Shown here in pieces: positions 9,233-19,900 of a DNA stretch of 64,000 bases. The DNA comes from an uncultured Gemmatimonadales bacterium (GTDB lineage Bacteria > Gemmatimonadota > Gemmatimonadetes > Gemmatimonadales > Gemmatimonadaceae), in NCBI GenBank assembly GCA_963850905.1, contig CAWKMU010000003.1:2176001-2240000 (forward strand), written 5' to 3'. Below the pieces are notes generated by a model. The model saw only the letters and a list, made by a program, of their open reading frames with translations, was not told the origin of the DNA and did not search any database. The position numbers and the translations under genes are program-made. Position 1 is the first letter of the stretch; each line of letters starts with the position of its first letter.

Positions 9233-10702
9233 ATGAAAACTGCGAGTGCGCTCTGCTGCGCCACCCTGCTGTTCCTGGGAGTCGGTCATCCTGGGCCCTC
9301 TCGTGTTGCCACAGCCCTCGCGCGCCGATCGTACGTTCGCAGGCCACCGCGGGTAAGGGATACCACCGCAGCCAGCCGCGACTGGCCACAGTTCGGGTGG
9401 GACGCCGCTCGGTCGAGTGCGTCGACGGCCCCGACGGGGATTACCGCCGCCAACGTGGCTTCGTTGCGTCGGCAGCAAGTGACGGTCGATGGCACCGTCG
9501 ACGCCTCGGCGATCTACCTGGCAGGGGTGCAAGTGAAGGGTGGGGCTCACGATGTCGCGTTCGTGACCACGACGTTTGGTAAGACGCTCGCTATCGATGC
9601 CAACCACGGGTCCGTGCTCTGGGAGTTCACCCCGGCTGGGTTCGCCTCATGGGCTGGGAGCGCGCGCATCACGAACTCCACGCCAATCGCCGACCCGAAC
9701 CGACTGTTCATCTACGCGGCATCGCCCGACGGCCACGTGCAGAAGCTGGCGGTCGCCGACGGCCACGCGGTGTGGAGCACGCCAATCACACTCCTGGCTG
9801 ACCGCGAGAAGATTGCCTCGCCACTCAGTCTCGTCGGAGGGAGAGTCATCGCCGTGACCGGTGGTTACATCGGTGACGCGCCGCCATATCAGGGACACGT
9901 GGCCATCCTCGACGCAGCAACAGGACAGCTGCTTCACGTATGGAATTCCCTCTGCAGCGACCGGCTCGGCCTCATCCAACCGGCCTCATGCGCGCAGAGC
10001 GGGTCTGCGATCTGGGGGCGTGCCGGTGCCGTCGTCGACTCGACCGGAGAAATTCTCGTCGCGACTGGTAACGGCCATTGGGATGGCCAGACCAACTGGG
10101 GCGACGCCACGCTCGTGCTCGACGCCGACGCGACGCGTCTCGTCGCCAACGAGACGCCCACAAACACCGAGGCGCTCGACGAGACCGATCTTGATGTCGG
10201 GTCGACGTCACCCGTCATCCTCGGCGGCGGTTATGTCGCGCAGGGTGGCAAAGACGGCCAGATCCGCCTCCTGGCGCTGACGCAGATCGCAGGTGCCTCA
10301 CCGCACCGCGGCGTGGAGGTCGAATCCGTGCCCACGCCATCCCGGGCTGGTCTCTTCTCCGCTCCGGCGGTACTCCGCGCGAAGGACGCGACCTGGCTCT
10401 TTGTTGCCGACCGCGCCGGGACGGCGGCGTGGACGTTTGCCGGAGGCCGGCTGCAATCCGCCTGGTCGAATCGGAATCCTGGCACCAGCCCCGTCGCGGC
10501 TGGCGGGCTGCTGTACGTATATGACCCCGGCGGTTTGCTGCGCGTCTACGAGCCCGAAAGCGGGCGAGTTGTGGCGGAGCTCCCGTGTGGTGCTGGACAC
10601 TGGAGCAGTCCCATCGTGATCGACGGGAAGATCATCCTGCCGGAGGGCAACGCGAACCGGCACGAAACGCAGGGGATCGTCAACATCTGGCGGGTACCGT
10701 GA
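9233..10702 (+). CDS. Exported PQQ-like beta-propeller repeat protein
   Basis: DWPQFGWD N-terminal motif, repeated ALDA/AxDGxxxW blades, SSPIVIDGKI. Confidence 0.75.
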   Translation: MKTASALCCATLLFLGVGHPGPSRVATALARRSYVRRPPRVRDTTAASRDWPQFGWDAARSSASTAPTGITAANVASLRRQQVTVDGTVDASAIYLAGVQVKGGAHDVAFVTTTFGKTLAIDANHGSVLWEFTPAGFASWAGSARITNSTPIADPNRLFIYAASPDGHVQKLAVADGHAVWSTPITLLADREKIASPLSLVGGRVIAVTGGYIGDAPPYQGHVAILDAATGQLLHVWNSLCSDRLGLIQPASCAQSGSAIWGRAGAVVDSTGEILVATGNGHWDGQTNWGDATLVLDADATRLVANETPTNTEALDETDLDVGSTSPVILGGGYVAQGGKDGQIRLLALTQIAGASPHRGVEVESVPTPSRAGLFSAPAVLRAKDATWLFVADRAGTAAWTFAGGRLQSAWSNRNPGTSPVAAGGLLYVYDPGGLLRVYEPESGRVVAELPCGAGHWSSPIVIDGKIILPEGNANRHETQGIVNIWRVP

Positions 10703-10748
10703 CCAGGGGCAGGAACGGCGAGACTCGAGACCGCACGGCGGCGCGTCT

Positions 10749-11981
10749 TTGAGCGGCACGGTCACGGTGCAGCCGGCCCGCGAGGACGCGCCACCAACTC
10801 CCGCGAGCCGCACGAACTTCTCCATCCTCGCGGCGATCAGCGCCAGTCACTTTCTGAACGACATGGTCCAGTCGTTGATCCCCGCCATCTATCCACTGCT
10901 GCAGGCGGCGTATCATCTGGCGTTGTGGAAAGTGGGGTTGATCACGTTCACGAACCAGGCGACCGCGTCGCTGCTGCAACCGCTCGTCGGGCACTACACC
11001 GATCGCAGACCAATGCCGTATTCGCTGCTCATCGGCATGGTGTTCACGCTCGTCGGCATCATGCTGCTCGCAGGCGCGCCGACCTATCTGTTCCTGCTCC
11101 TGGCGGTTGCGCTCGTCGGCGTCGGCTCAGCTGTGTTCCACCCAGAGTCTTCGCGCGTCGCGCGTCTGGCGTCCGGCGGACAACATGGACTTGCCCAGTC
11201 GCTGTTTCAGGTCGGAGGCAACGCCGGCGCGTCGCTGGGCCCTCTCCTTGTCGCGTTCATCGTATTGCCATATGGACAACGGAGTGTCGCGTGGTTCTCG
11301 CTCGCGGTACTCCTCGCGATCGCGCTGCTGTCGATCGTCGGACGCTGGTACAAACGGCGCCAGCAGCGGGCCGACCGTGTGCGGCGGGATCTCGGCACGA
11401 CGCGTCCGCTGCTCCCGCGCCGGCGCGTGGCCAGTGCCCTTGCGGTTCTCATCGCGCTCGTCTTCTCGAAGTACGTCTATCTTGTCAGCCTGACCACCTA
11501 CTACACCTTCTTTCTTCGCAGCAAGTTCAACGTCTCCGTCGAGAGCGCGGAATTCTACCTCTTCGCGTTCCTCGCCGCGGTCGCGGCAGGCACCTTCATC
11601 GGCGGGCCCGTCGGGGATCGAGTCGGACGCAAGTATGTCATTTGGGCGTCGATCCTCGGCGTTCTGCCGTTCACGCTCATCCTGCCGCATGCCAATCTGT
11701 TCTGGACTGGCGTGCTGAGCGTCGTCATTGGCCTCGTCCTGGCCTCGGCGTTTTCGGCAATTCTGGTCTACGCGCAGGAGCTGGTTCCGGGACGAGTCGG
11801 GATGATATCGGGACTCTTTTTCGGCCTGGCGTTCGGTATCGCTGGCCTTGGCGCGGTCCTGCTCGGGGTTCTCGCCGGTCATACCAGCCTGTCGTTCGTG
11901 TATCAGCTCTGTGCCTTCTTGCCTGCCATCGGCCTGCTGGCCGCGTGGCTCCCGGATCTCGACCGCTTGTCGAACGCCTAG
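10749..11981 (+). CDS. fsr: MFS transporter, fosmidomycin-resistance (Fsr) family
   Basis: SHFLNDMVQSLIPAIYP, FHPESSRVAR, GLAQSLFQVGGNAG, SAFSAILVYAQELVPGRVGMISGLFFG. Confidence 0.88.
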   Translation: MSGTVTVQPAREDAPPTPASRTNFSILAAISASHFLNDMVQSLIPAIYPLLQAAYHLALWKVGLITFTNQATASLLQPLVGHYTDRRPMPYSLLIGMVFTLVGIMLLAGAPTYLFLLLAVALVGVGSAVFHPESSRVARLASGGQHGLAQSLFQVGGNAGASLGPLLVAFIVLPYGQRSVAWFSLAVLLAIALLSIVGRWYKRRQQRADRVRRDLGTTRPLLPRRRVASALAVLIALVFSKYVYLVSLTTYYTFFLRSKFNVSVESAEFYLFAFLAAVAAGTFIGGPVGDRVGRKYVIWASILGVLPFTLILPHANLFWTGVLSVVIGLVLASAFSAILVYAQELVPGRVGMISGLFFGLAFGIAGLGAVLLGVLAGHTSLSFVYQLCAFLPAIGLLAAWLPDLDRLSNA

Positions 11982-12736
11982 GCGGGCGCGAGGCGGGCCG
12001 CTGTCGCGCCGGACAGCCGTAGACCGGCGTACAAGACGGCGACGGCGGCGACCGCGATGATGAGCTCCGTGTGCAGCGCGAGCAAGTGTCGATTGAGTAC
12101 CACAGCCGCGGCATCGAATACGGTATGAGTGACGATCGCGACCAGAAGCCACACGCGGTCGCCCCTGGCGAAAACCTGTAACACGATCAGTGAAAGCCCG
12201 ACGTGCAGCGCGACGGCGCTGGCTCGTTCGAGGACCGCGAGTTGCACGCCCCATGCCCCGAGTGCCTCGAGCTGCTGCTGGATGGCCTGAGTCCCGGGCC
12301 CGGGGGCGACATGTCCCTGCGCCGCAAGCGCCCACGCGGCGAGCAACCCCACCATGGGGAGACCGACGAGCAAGATCGATTCGCACCCGCCATGACCAAG
12401 GCCGTACATCACCGCGACGGGCTGCGTCCGCTGGGTGCGCAAGACCGTGCGGTATCCGACCCATCGGCCAACCTCTTCGAACACCCCCGCGGTACACGCC
12501 GAAAACATGACGAACCACATGCTCCATGATGGGTGGGCCGAGTGGATCCATCGACCGAGCGGAAACTGCCAGACCCGCAGAATCAAAGCGACCGCGAAGA
12601 CGACCATGCCCCACCCGAACGCACCGCTCGCCACCCCCGTACGTTGCCGCCACAGAATCCCGAGCACGAAGGGGCCCAAGAGACACACGATGGCGGCGAG
12701 CGCGATACTGAGAGCGATGATCGGGTCGAATCGCAT
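11978..12736 (-). CDS. YhfC-family intramembrane glutamic/metallo-protease
   Basis: AGVFEEVGR, YGLGHGGCES, ERASAVALH, HTVFD motifs. Confidence 0.85.
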   Translation of the reverse strand: MRFDPIIALSIALAAIVCLLGPFVLGILWRQRTGVASGAFGWGMVVFAVALILRVWQFPLGRWIHSAHPSWSMWFVMFSACTAGVFEEVGRWVGYRTVLRTQRTQPVAVMYGLGHGGCESILLVGLPMVGLLAAWALAAQGHVAPGPGTQAIQQQLEALGAWGVQLAVLERASAVALHVGLSLIVLQVFARGDRVWLLVAIVTHTVFDAAAVVLNRHLLALHTELIIAVAAVAVLYAGLRLSGATAARLAPA

Positions 12737-12929
12737 GAAGGGACGACGTCCGCCCGGCGGTCGGCGTCACTGGCGCCGGCGACGCGGCCACCGCCTCTCA
12801 TGCGGATCCGAGCCGCGGCAACTGGATTCGCGGCGCCCGCCAGGTAGTATTGCACCGAGCGCCCGCACCGGCGGGTTCGCAGCGGCGCAGACCAGACGAT
12901 TGGGAATGGACAACGACCGAGGAGCACAC

Positions 12930-13874
12930 ATGGACGTCAGTCGATCGGGTCGCATGGCAGGCCTCGTGTCCGCGGCCGCGTTCGCGTGCGTCACATTGGG
13001 GGTGGGCATCCCCCACGCACCTGAAAGGTCCGTCCTGCGGTCGGACATGGCGGCGCGCGAGGTCCCTGCGGCGGCGAGCTACGAGATCTATGGCGTGCGG
13101 TTCGCCGGGTACCACGCGTTTCCAGTCTCGGACCTCGTCCTCGGCGCCGACACGACTCGCCGGACCGACCTGGCTTTCATTGTTTGGGTGCTGAAGCCGG
13201 CCGGCGCGTCGACGGCCACGCCGTCGGGCACCTCACACGTCGTGCTGTTCGACGCGGGCTTCTACCGCAACGAGTTCCTGTCGCAATGGAAGCCCTTTGA
13301 CTTCGTGAAGCCGTCCGTTGCAATCGAAAAGGTAGGAATCCACGCGGCGGATGTCACCGACATCATCATCTCCCATATCCATTGGGATCATGTGGACGGC
13401 GCCGATCTGTTCCCGCGCGCCCGGGTGTGGCTGCAGCGGGCTGAATACGAGCACTACGTCGGCGCCGATGGGAAGGCGCTCGCCCGCGGGATCGACACCG
13501 CCAATGCCGCGATGCTCGCTCGGCTGCAGCGCCAAGGACGCATCGGCTTGATCGATGGGGACGCGAAGATGGTCGTTCCGGGGATCATCGCCTATACGGG
13601 CGGCCGCCACACCTACGCGTCCGAGTACATCACGGTGCAGGCGCCCCACGGGACTGTCGTGCTCGCCTCCGACAATGTCTACACGTACGAGAACCTGGAA
13701 AAGCACCTTCCCATCGCGGCGACGTTCACGCCAGCAGACAGTACATCCAATCGGCAGGCACAAGACCGGATGCATCAGCTCGCAAGCGACCCGCGATTCA
13801 TTCTTCCCGGGCACGATCCGGCGATCTTTATCCGATTCCCAACGCCGGGGAACGGCGTCGCGTTGATTCAGTAG
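12930..13874 (+). CDS. Exported MBL-fold metallo-hydrolase, N-acyl-homoserine-lactonase-like
   Basis: HIHWDH (HxHxDH), GGRHT, ASD, PGHD; RBS GAGGAG; hydrophobic N-terminus. Confidence 0.8.
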   Translation: MDVSRSGRMAGLVSAAAFACVTLGVGIPHAPERSVLRSDMAAREVPAAASYEIYGVRFAGYHAFPVSDLVLGADTTRRTDLAFIVWVLKPAGASTATPSGTSHVVLFDAGFYRNEFLSQWKPFDFVKPSVAIEKVGIHAADVTDIIISHIHWDHVDGADLFPRARVWLQRAEYEHYVGADGKALARGIDTANAAMLARLQRQGRIGLIDGDAKMVVPGIIAYTGGRHTYASEYITVQAPHGTVVLASDNVYTYENLEKHLPIAATFTPADSTSNRQAQDRMHQLASDPRFILPGHDPAIFIRFPTPGNGVALIQ

Positions 13875-13911
13875 CGATCGTGAGGGCCTCTCTTCAGTGC
13901 TCGGAACCGTC

Positions 13912-14628
13912 ATGGATATGCAGATCGCAGCTCGCCTTTCCTCCAGTCCCTGGACCGCAATTCCGCTCCTCTTCGGCGCGGGGGTGCTGACGAGCCTCAC
14001 GCCGTGCATCTACCCCATGATCCCGATCACGGCAGCGGTGGTGGGAGGGAAGGCCGTCGGTCGCGGGGACGGCCGGTCCTGGTTTCGGCCGTTGGCGCTC
14101 AGTGTGACCTACGCGCTCGGACTCGCGGCGGTCTACGCCTCGCTGGGTGTCCTCGCCGGGCTGACGGGCACCTTGTTTGGGTCGGTCAGTTCGAACCCGT
14201 GGCTGTATTTCGCGATGGCCAACCTGCTGCTCCTTTTCAGCTTCGCCATGCTCGACGTCATTCCTGTCCGCGTGCCTGCGGCACTTCTCGGCCGGCTAAG
14301 CCAGGCGGGCAAGGGTGGTGACTTCGCGGGCGCTCTGGTCATGGGAGCGGCGTCGGGTCTCGTGGCGGCGCCGTGCTCCGCGCCGGTCATGGCGGCGGTG
14401 CTGACGTGGGTGGGCACGACGCGAAGCGCGGTCCTAGGTTTCGTGTACTTGTTCGTGTTCTCCCTCGGCATGTGCACGTTTCTGATCATCGCGGGCATCT
14501 CGAGCAGCGCGCTCGCTCGCCTGCCCCGAGCCGGGGAGTGGATGGTCTGGATCAAGCGTGGGTTCGCGCTCGTGATGCTCGGGATGGCGGAATACTACCT
14601 CATCCTCACAGGACAACAGCTGATTTGA
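13912..14628 (+). CDS. ccdA: CcdA/DsbD-beta family transmembrane electron transporter
   Basis: Two catalytic Pro-Cys motifs, SLTPCIYPMIP and AAPCSAPV; LPRAGEWMVWIK. Confidence 0.88.
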   Translation: MDMQIAARLSSSPWTAIPLLFGAGVLTSLTPCIYPMIPITAAVVGGKAVGRGDGRSWFRPLALSVTYALGLAAVYASLGVLAGLTGTLFGSVSSNPWLYFAMANLLLLFSFAMLDVIPVRVPAALLGRLSQAGKGGDFAGALVMGAASGLVAAPCSAPVMAAVLTWVGTTRSAVLGFVYLFVFSLGMCTFLIIAGISSSALARLPRAGEWMVWIKRGFALVMLGMAEYYLILTGQQLI

Positions 14629-14633
14629 CACGT

Positions 14634-15146
14634 ATGACGATCCCCTTGTTTCGCATCGCAGTGGCTTTTCTCGTCCCAACGGCAGTCGTCGCGATGACCC
14701 CGTCGCGAGCGCGTGCGCAGGACGGAGGCATTGAGGTTGGGGCGCATGCACCCTCGGCTGCTGTCCGTACACTGGATGGCAAGACCGTCGACCTGTCGCA
14801 GCTCATCGGCCCGGGACCGGCAGTGATCGAGTTCTGGGCGGCGTGGTGTCCGAACTGCAAGGAGCTGGAGCCAGCGCTAACGGCGGCCCAGAGCAAATAT
14901 GGGAGCCAGGTCCGGTTCGTGACTGTCGCGGTGGCGATCAACGAGTCCATGGAGCGCGTCCAGAAGCACGTCGCGGCCCACAAGATCCCGGGAACCGTCG
15001 TGTACGACGCTCAAGGCAATGCCGCGGGCGCGTACGACGCGCCCGCCACGTCCTACGTCGTCGTCATCGACCGGACAGGCCGTGTGGCCTATACGGGAGT
15101 CGGCGGCACGCAGGACGTGGACGCGGCGATAAAAAAGGTGCTATGA
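14634..15146 (+). CDS. Exported TlpA/ResA-like thioredoxin (disulfide reductase)
   Basis: Signal peptide ending ARA-Q; EFWAAWCPNCKEL (CxxC); VVIDRTG. Confidence 0.88.
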   Translation: MTIPLFRIAVAFLVPTAVVAMTPSRARAQDGGIEVGAHAPSAAVRTLDGKTVDLSQLIGPGPAVIEFWAAWCPNCKELEPALTAAQSKYGSQVRFVTVAVAINESMERVQKHVAAHKIPGTVVYDAQGNAAGAYDAPATSYVVVIDRTGRVAYTGVGGTQDVDAAIKKVL

Positions 15147-15737
15147 CGTCGGCGCTGGCGTGACCTTGCTCACCGCGTCCGCCAGATCCGTGTAGGCCGC
15201 CGGCGACAGCACGTTGAATGGCTTCACGACGTGCGAGATCCGGCCGTCGGGTCCCACGACGAACAGGGACCGATTGTCCAGGTTGTTCTTGACGTCGAAT
15301 GCGCCGTAGGTCTTCCCGATCTTGCCAGCGCTGTCGCTCGCAAACACTACGGGGAAGTCGGCCTCACGCGCCCAGTTGGCCAGCGTGGTGTCCGGATCCA
15401 CGCTGATGCCAATGACTGTAACGTTACGTCCGTTGTGGAACAGCGTCGCGTACTGATCACGGTACGCGTCCATTTGGATCGTTCAGCCCTTGGTCCTGGC
15501 CTTGAAGAAGAACGCCAGCACGACTGTGCGGCCCTTATAGTCGCTGAGTCGAACGGGTGCCTTGAGCAGCCCGTACCGGGTGGCTCCGGGCAGCGTAAAG
15601 TCGGGCGCGACCGCGCCGACGCCAGGGCCCGCGGTATCTGCTTGCGCTTCCGCTGGCGAAGCCGACGCGACCATCGCGAGGGTGACACCCCCCGCCGCGA
15701 GGCTGACAACCCCCGCCCATCTCGACCAGGTCTTCAT
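15141..15737 (-). CDS. Exported BCP/PrxQ-type peroxiredoxin with in-frame UGA (probable selenocysteine)
   Basis: ORFs 15483..15737 and 15141..15473 share a frame and are joined by TGA-ACG-ATC-CAA. This gives APDFTL...VVLAFFFKARTKG-U-TIQMDAYRD...VIGISVD...RSLFVVGPDG, with UGA at the peroxidatic TxxC position. Confidence 0.85.
15447..15468 (-). promoter_or_regulatory. Putative bacterial SECIS hairpin
   Basis: On the mRNA, UGA is followed by 14 nt and then CGCGUAC-CGUGAUCA-GUACGCG. The 7-bp stem is perfect, the loop starts 21 nt after UGA and G is the second loop base. Confidence 0.7.
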
Positions 15738-15801
15738 GGAGGCACTCGCCGGTTGACGTGTGCGCCGAATCTAGCCAGGGGGACGCCAATGAGCCAGCGA
15801 C

Positions 15802-16793
15802 TCAACGCGTCGCTGGCCGTCCGAGCCGCGAGCGGCGTTTCGGTGAGCCTCCGGTCCCGTCGTCCCGTGCAGTAGTTGGCTGAGCCACCGCCGTGGAACG
15901 AGCGGCCGTGGGTTCATCGAGGAAACCGCCGAACGCACGGGCAGCCGCGCTCTCGCCGGCGGCGGTCAGGGAAAGCCGCATGAGCGGTCGTCGAATGGCG
16001 AGGCCTGTCACGTCGACCACCTGAAGTCGCCCGAGCGCGAGGGCATCCGCGGCCGCCGACCGTGACACGACCGCAAAGCCGAGTCCTGCCGCCACGAGCT
16101 GGATGATGGCTTCAGCGGTGTCGACTTCGAGCCGCCGTTTCGGGACCACCCCAACCTGGCGCAGGCCGCGCATCACCGTGCTGTAAGTTCCCGAGCCCGG
16201 CTCACGGGTCACGAGTAACTCGTGGACGAGCGCAGTCGGTGCGATGGGTGCGCGTCGGCACAACGGGTGCGTCGGCGCCGCTACTACGACCAGTCTCGTC
16301 CTCACCCCATACCGCCGAGCCCAGGCGCGGGTCCTCCACTGGCGTCTCGACGAGCGCCACGTCGACTTCCCGCTCGGCGAGGAGCCGCGCGATCGCGCGC
16401 GACGGCGCTGACGTGAGTCGCAGCTCGACACCCGGGTAGCGGCTGTGGAAGCGCTGCGAGCAGCGGTGGCAGCAGATAGGTCGCGATCGTCGGACTCCCG
16501 CCGACGCGCAGCGTGCCCTGCGTCAGTCCGGCCAGCGCATCCAGATCCTCCTCTGCCGCCCGCGCCTCGGCCATGATGTTGCGGGCGTGTGCCAGCAGGG
16601 CCTGCCCGGCCTCGGTGAGACGCACGCCCGAGGGTGTCCGCTCCAGCAGCGTCGCACCGATCTGTCGCTCCAGCTCGCGCACGGACCGCGACACCGACGG
16701 TTGCGACACGCCGAGGTCGGCTGCGGCCTGCGTGATGTTTTTGCGGTGCGCGATGGCGAGGAAAACGCGAATGAGCCGTAGATTGAATGGCAT
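15802..16793 (-). CDS. LysR-family regulator, CysL/YeiE-like (frameshifted, probably sequence error)
   Basis: HTH NITQAAADLGVSQPSVSRSVRELE; effector domain with REPGSGT. Split across ORFs 16302..16823 and 15802..16431. Confidence 0.85.
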
Positions 16794-16808
16794 AACAGGA
16801 TAGTTATG
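16791..16808. promoter_or_regulatory. Putative LysR operator overlapping the lysR start codon
   Basis: Inverted repeat CATAAC-AGGATA-GTTATG in an AT-rich divergent intergenic region. The spacing is one base longer than the canonical T-N11-A. Confidence 0.5.
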
Positions 16809-16950
16809 GGGAGATATCCACATCTGCTATTGGTGTAATATCTGCGATGAGTATAACATTGTGAAGCTACGTCGCGCACCTGGCCGCGAGGGCTATGGTG
16901 CCGATCGGGCCGCCCCGCTCGGGGCCTCGCTCATGTGAGTGTCGCCGCCC

Positions 16951-19900
16951 ATGTGGATCGTTCGTCTCGCTCTGCGTCAGCCGTACACGGTCGCCGTCAT
17001 GTCGCTCGTGATCCTGCTCATGGGCTGGCTCGCCATGCGCAGGATGCCGGTCGACATCTTCCCGGTCATCGACATTCCCGTCGTCGCGGTCGTCTGGAAC
17101 TACAACGGCTTCTCGGCGCAGGACATGGAGAGCCGCATTGTGCTCCTCAGCGAGCGCAACCTGTCGGCGACCGTCAACGGCATCTCCCGGATCGAATCCG
17201 AGTCGATCCCCGGTGTCGGGCTTGATCAAGGTCTTCTTCCAGCCGGGCGTCGACATCGGGAACGCGATCGCGCAGATCACCTCGTCCTCTCAGACCGCGT
17301 TGCGCGCCATGCCGCCCGGGGTCACGCCGCCCTACGTCGTCCAGTCCAACGCGTCCAGCGTACCAGTGGCTCAGCTGACGCTGACGTCGCAGACCATGCC
17401 CGAGCAGAACATCTCCGACTACGGGCAGAACTTCATCCGTCTCCAGCTCTTCACCATCCCGGGGCTCGCGACGCCGTCTCCATACGGCGGCAAGCTGCGC
17501 GAGATCACCGTCGATGTGGACCCCAAGGCGCTGGCGGGCAAGGGATTGTCGGCCGAGGATGTGCTCAGCGCGCTCCTGTCGTCCAACCTGCTGATCCCTG
17601 CCGGCACGGCGCGCATCGGCGATCGTGACTACAACGTGGCGATGAACTCGAGCCCATCGAATGTCGCCGATTTCAACAACATCCCGGTCAAGGTGGTCAA
17701 CGGTGCGCCGGTGCTGATCGGCGACGTGGCGACCGTGCGCGATGGATTCGCCGAGCAGGAGAACATCGTCCGGATCGACGGGCGACGGGCGGCGTACTTG
17801 ACGATTCTCAAGAAGGCCGATGCCTCGACGCTGGCGGTCGTCGATGCCGCCAAGGCGATGCTGCCACGCATCCGCGCGGTCGCCCCCGCAGGGGCTCAGG
17901 TGCGGCTCGACTTCGATCAATCGGTCTTCGTGCGTGCCGCCGTTTCGAGTGTCGTGCGCGAGGCGATCATCGCCGCGGTCCTCGTCTCGCTCATGATCCT
18001 GGTCTTCGTCGGGAGCTGGCGAAGCGTACTCATCGCCGTGACGTCGATCCCGCTCTCGATCGCCATGGCGGTCATCGTGCTCCACGCCACCGCCAACGGC
18101 TTCAACGTCATGACCCTCGGTGGGCTGTCGCTGTCGATCGGATTGCTCGTCGACAACGCGATCGTCACCGTCGAGAACGTGCACCGCAACCTGAGTCTCG
18201 GGAAACCGCTGACGGTCGCGATTCTCGATGCCGCGGCCCAGATCTCGACTCCGCTCATCGTCGCGACGCTCGCGATCTGTATTGTTTTCTTCCCCGTCGT
18301 GCTGCTCGTGGGACCCGCGCGATTCCTGTTCATCCCGATGGCGATCGCGGTCGTAAGCGCCGTCGCCGCGTCCTGGCTGCTGTCGCGAACCCTCGTCAAG
18401 ACACTCTCGCGTATGTTGCTCGGCGCCGAGGTGCACCATCAGACCGTCCCTGACGTGCAAAAGGGTGATGTCACGTCTGCTGGCATGCAGCCGCCCGCCC
18501 TCCTCCACAGCGAACCCGCCCCCCGCCGCGAGGGCGCAATCGCGCGCGCAGGGCGGCGATTCAACGAGGTGCGCGACCGGTGGTTCGCGCAATTCCAGGA
18601 GGCCTACGGCCGGTTCGTGGAGCTCCTCATCGTGCACCGCAGCTACGTGCTGACGGTCGTGGGGCTGCTTCATCGTCGCCACGCTGCTGCTCCCGAGCAT
18701 TACCGGGACGGACTTCTTCCCGTCGACCGACGCCGGGATGATGAAGATCCATTTCCGTGCACCATCGGGGACCCGTATCGAGCAGACGGAGCAGCTTCGT
18801 TGCGCGGGCCGAGCAGGTCATTCGCGGCATCGTGCCGCCGGCGGAGCTGCAAACGATCAACTCGACAATCGGGCGTCCCGCAGCCTCTCAACATGGCGTT
18901 CGTCCCGACTGATAACGTGAGTGAGATGGACGCCGAGATCCTCGTTGCGCTGAATCCGGGTCACGCGCCGACCGAGGGGTACGTCGATCGGATCCGGAAT
19001 GCGCTGCAGACGGGATTTCCGGGATCGGCGGTCTACTTCCAAACAGCCGACATCGTCGGGCAGGTGCTCAACTTCGGACTGTCGGCACCGATCGACGTGC
19101 AGATCATGGACCAAAATCTGGATCAGGCGTACGCGACGGCGCGGACGCTGCGCGATGCGATCAGCGAGGTGCCCGGGGCAACCGACGTGTCACGATCAAG
19201 CAGACTCTCGATTATCCGACGCTGTTCGTGAACGTCGACCGGGAGCGCGCCGCGCAGCTCGGCCTCAGCCAGCGTGACGTAGCGAACAGCATGCTGGTGT
19301 CGCTCTCCTCGAGCGCCGTCGTCAACCCCGACCTACTACATCAATCCCGAAAACCACGTCAACTATCTCGTCGCCGTCGAGGTTCCATTGCCACAGATGA
19401 CGTCGACGCGCGACCTGATGAACACGCCGGTGTCCCGCTTCGGGCTGTCGCTCGACCAGCACGTTATGCCTGCGCGCCGCACGACCGATCCGGTGCCGCA
19501 CGCACCGGTTCAGACGCTGGACAATGTCGCTCAAGTCACGCCGACGGCGGTTCCGGACGTCATCAACCACTACACGGTGGCGCGGGTGCTGGACGTGACG
19601 GCGAGCGTGACGGGTCGCGACCTGGGGTCTGTGGTTGCCGGGATCGATCAAAGGATTGCAGCGCTCGGTAAACTCCCAACCGGGATGTACATCACCGTTC
19701 GGGGACAGGGCGAAGTCATGGACGAGGCGTTCTCGAGTCTTGGCCTCGGGTTCGTCGTGGCCATTCTCCTCGTGTACTTCCTGATGGTCGTCCTGTTTCA
19801 ATCCTGGATCGATCCGCTGATCATCATGGCGGCAATCCCCGGCGCCATCGTCGGCATTTTGTGGATCCTCGTGCTGACGCACACGACGATCAACGTCGTC

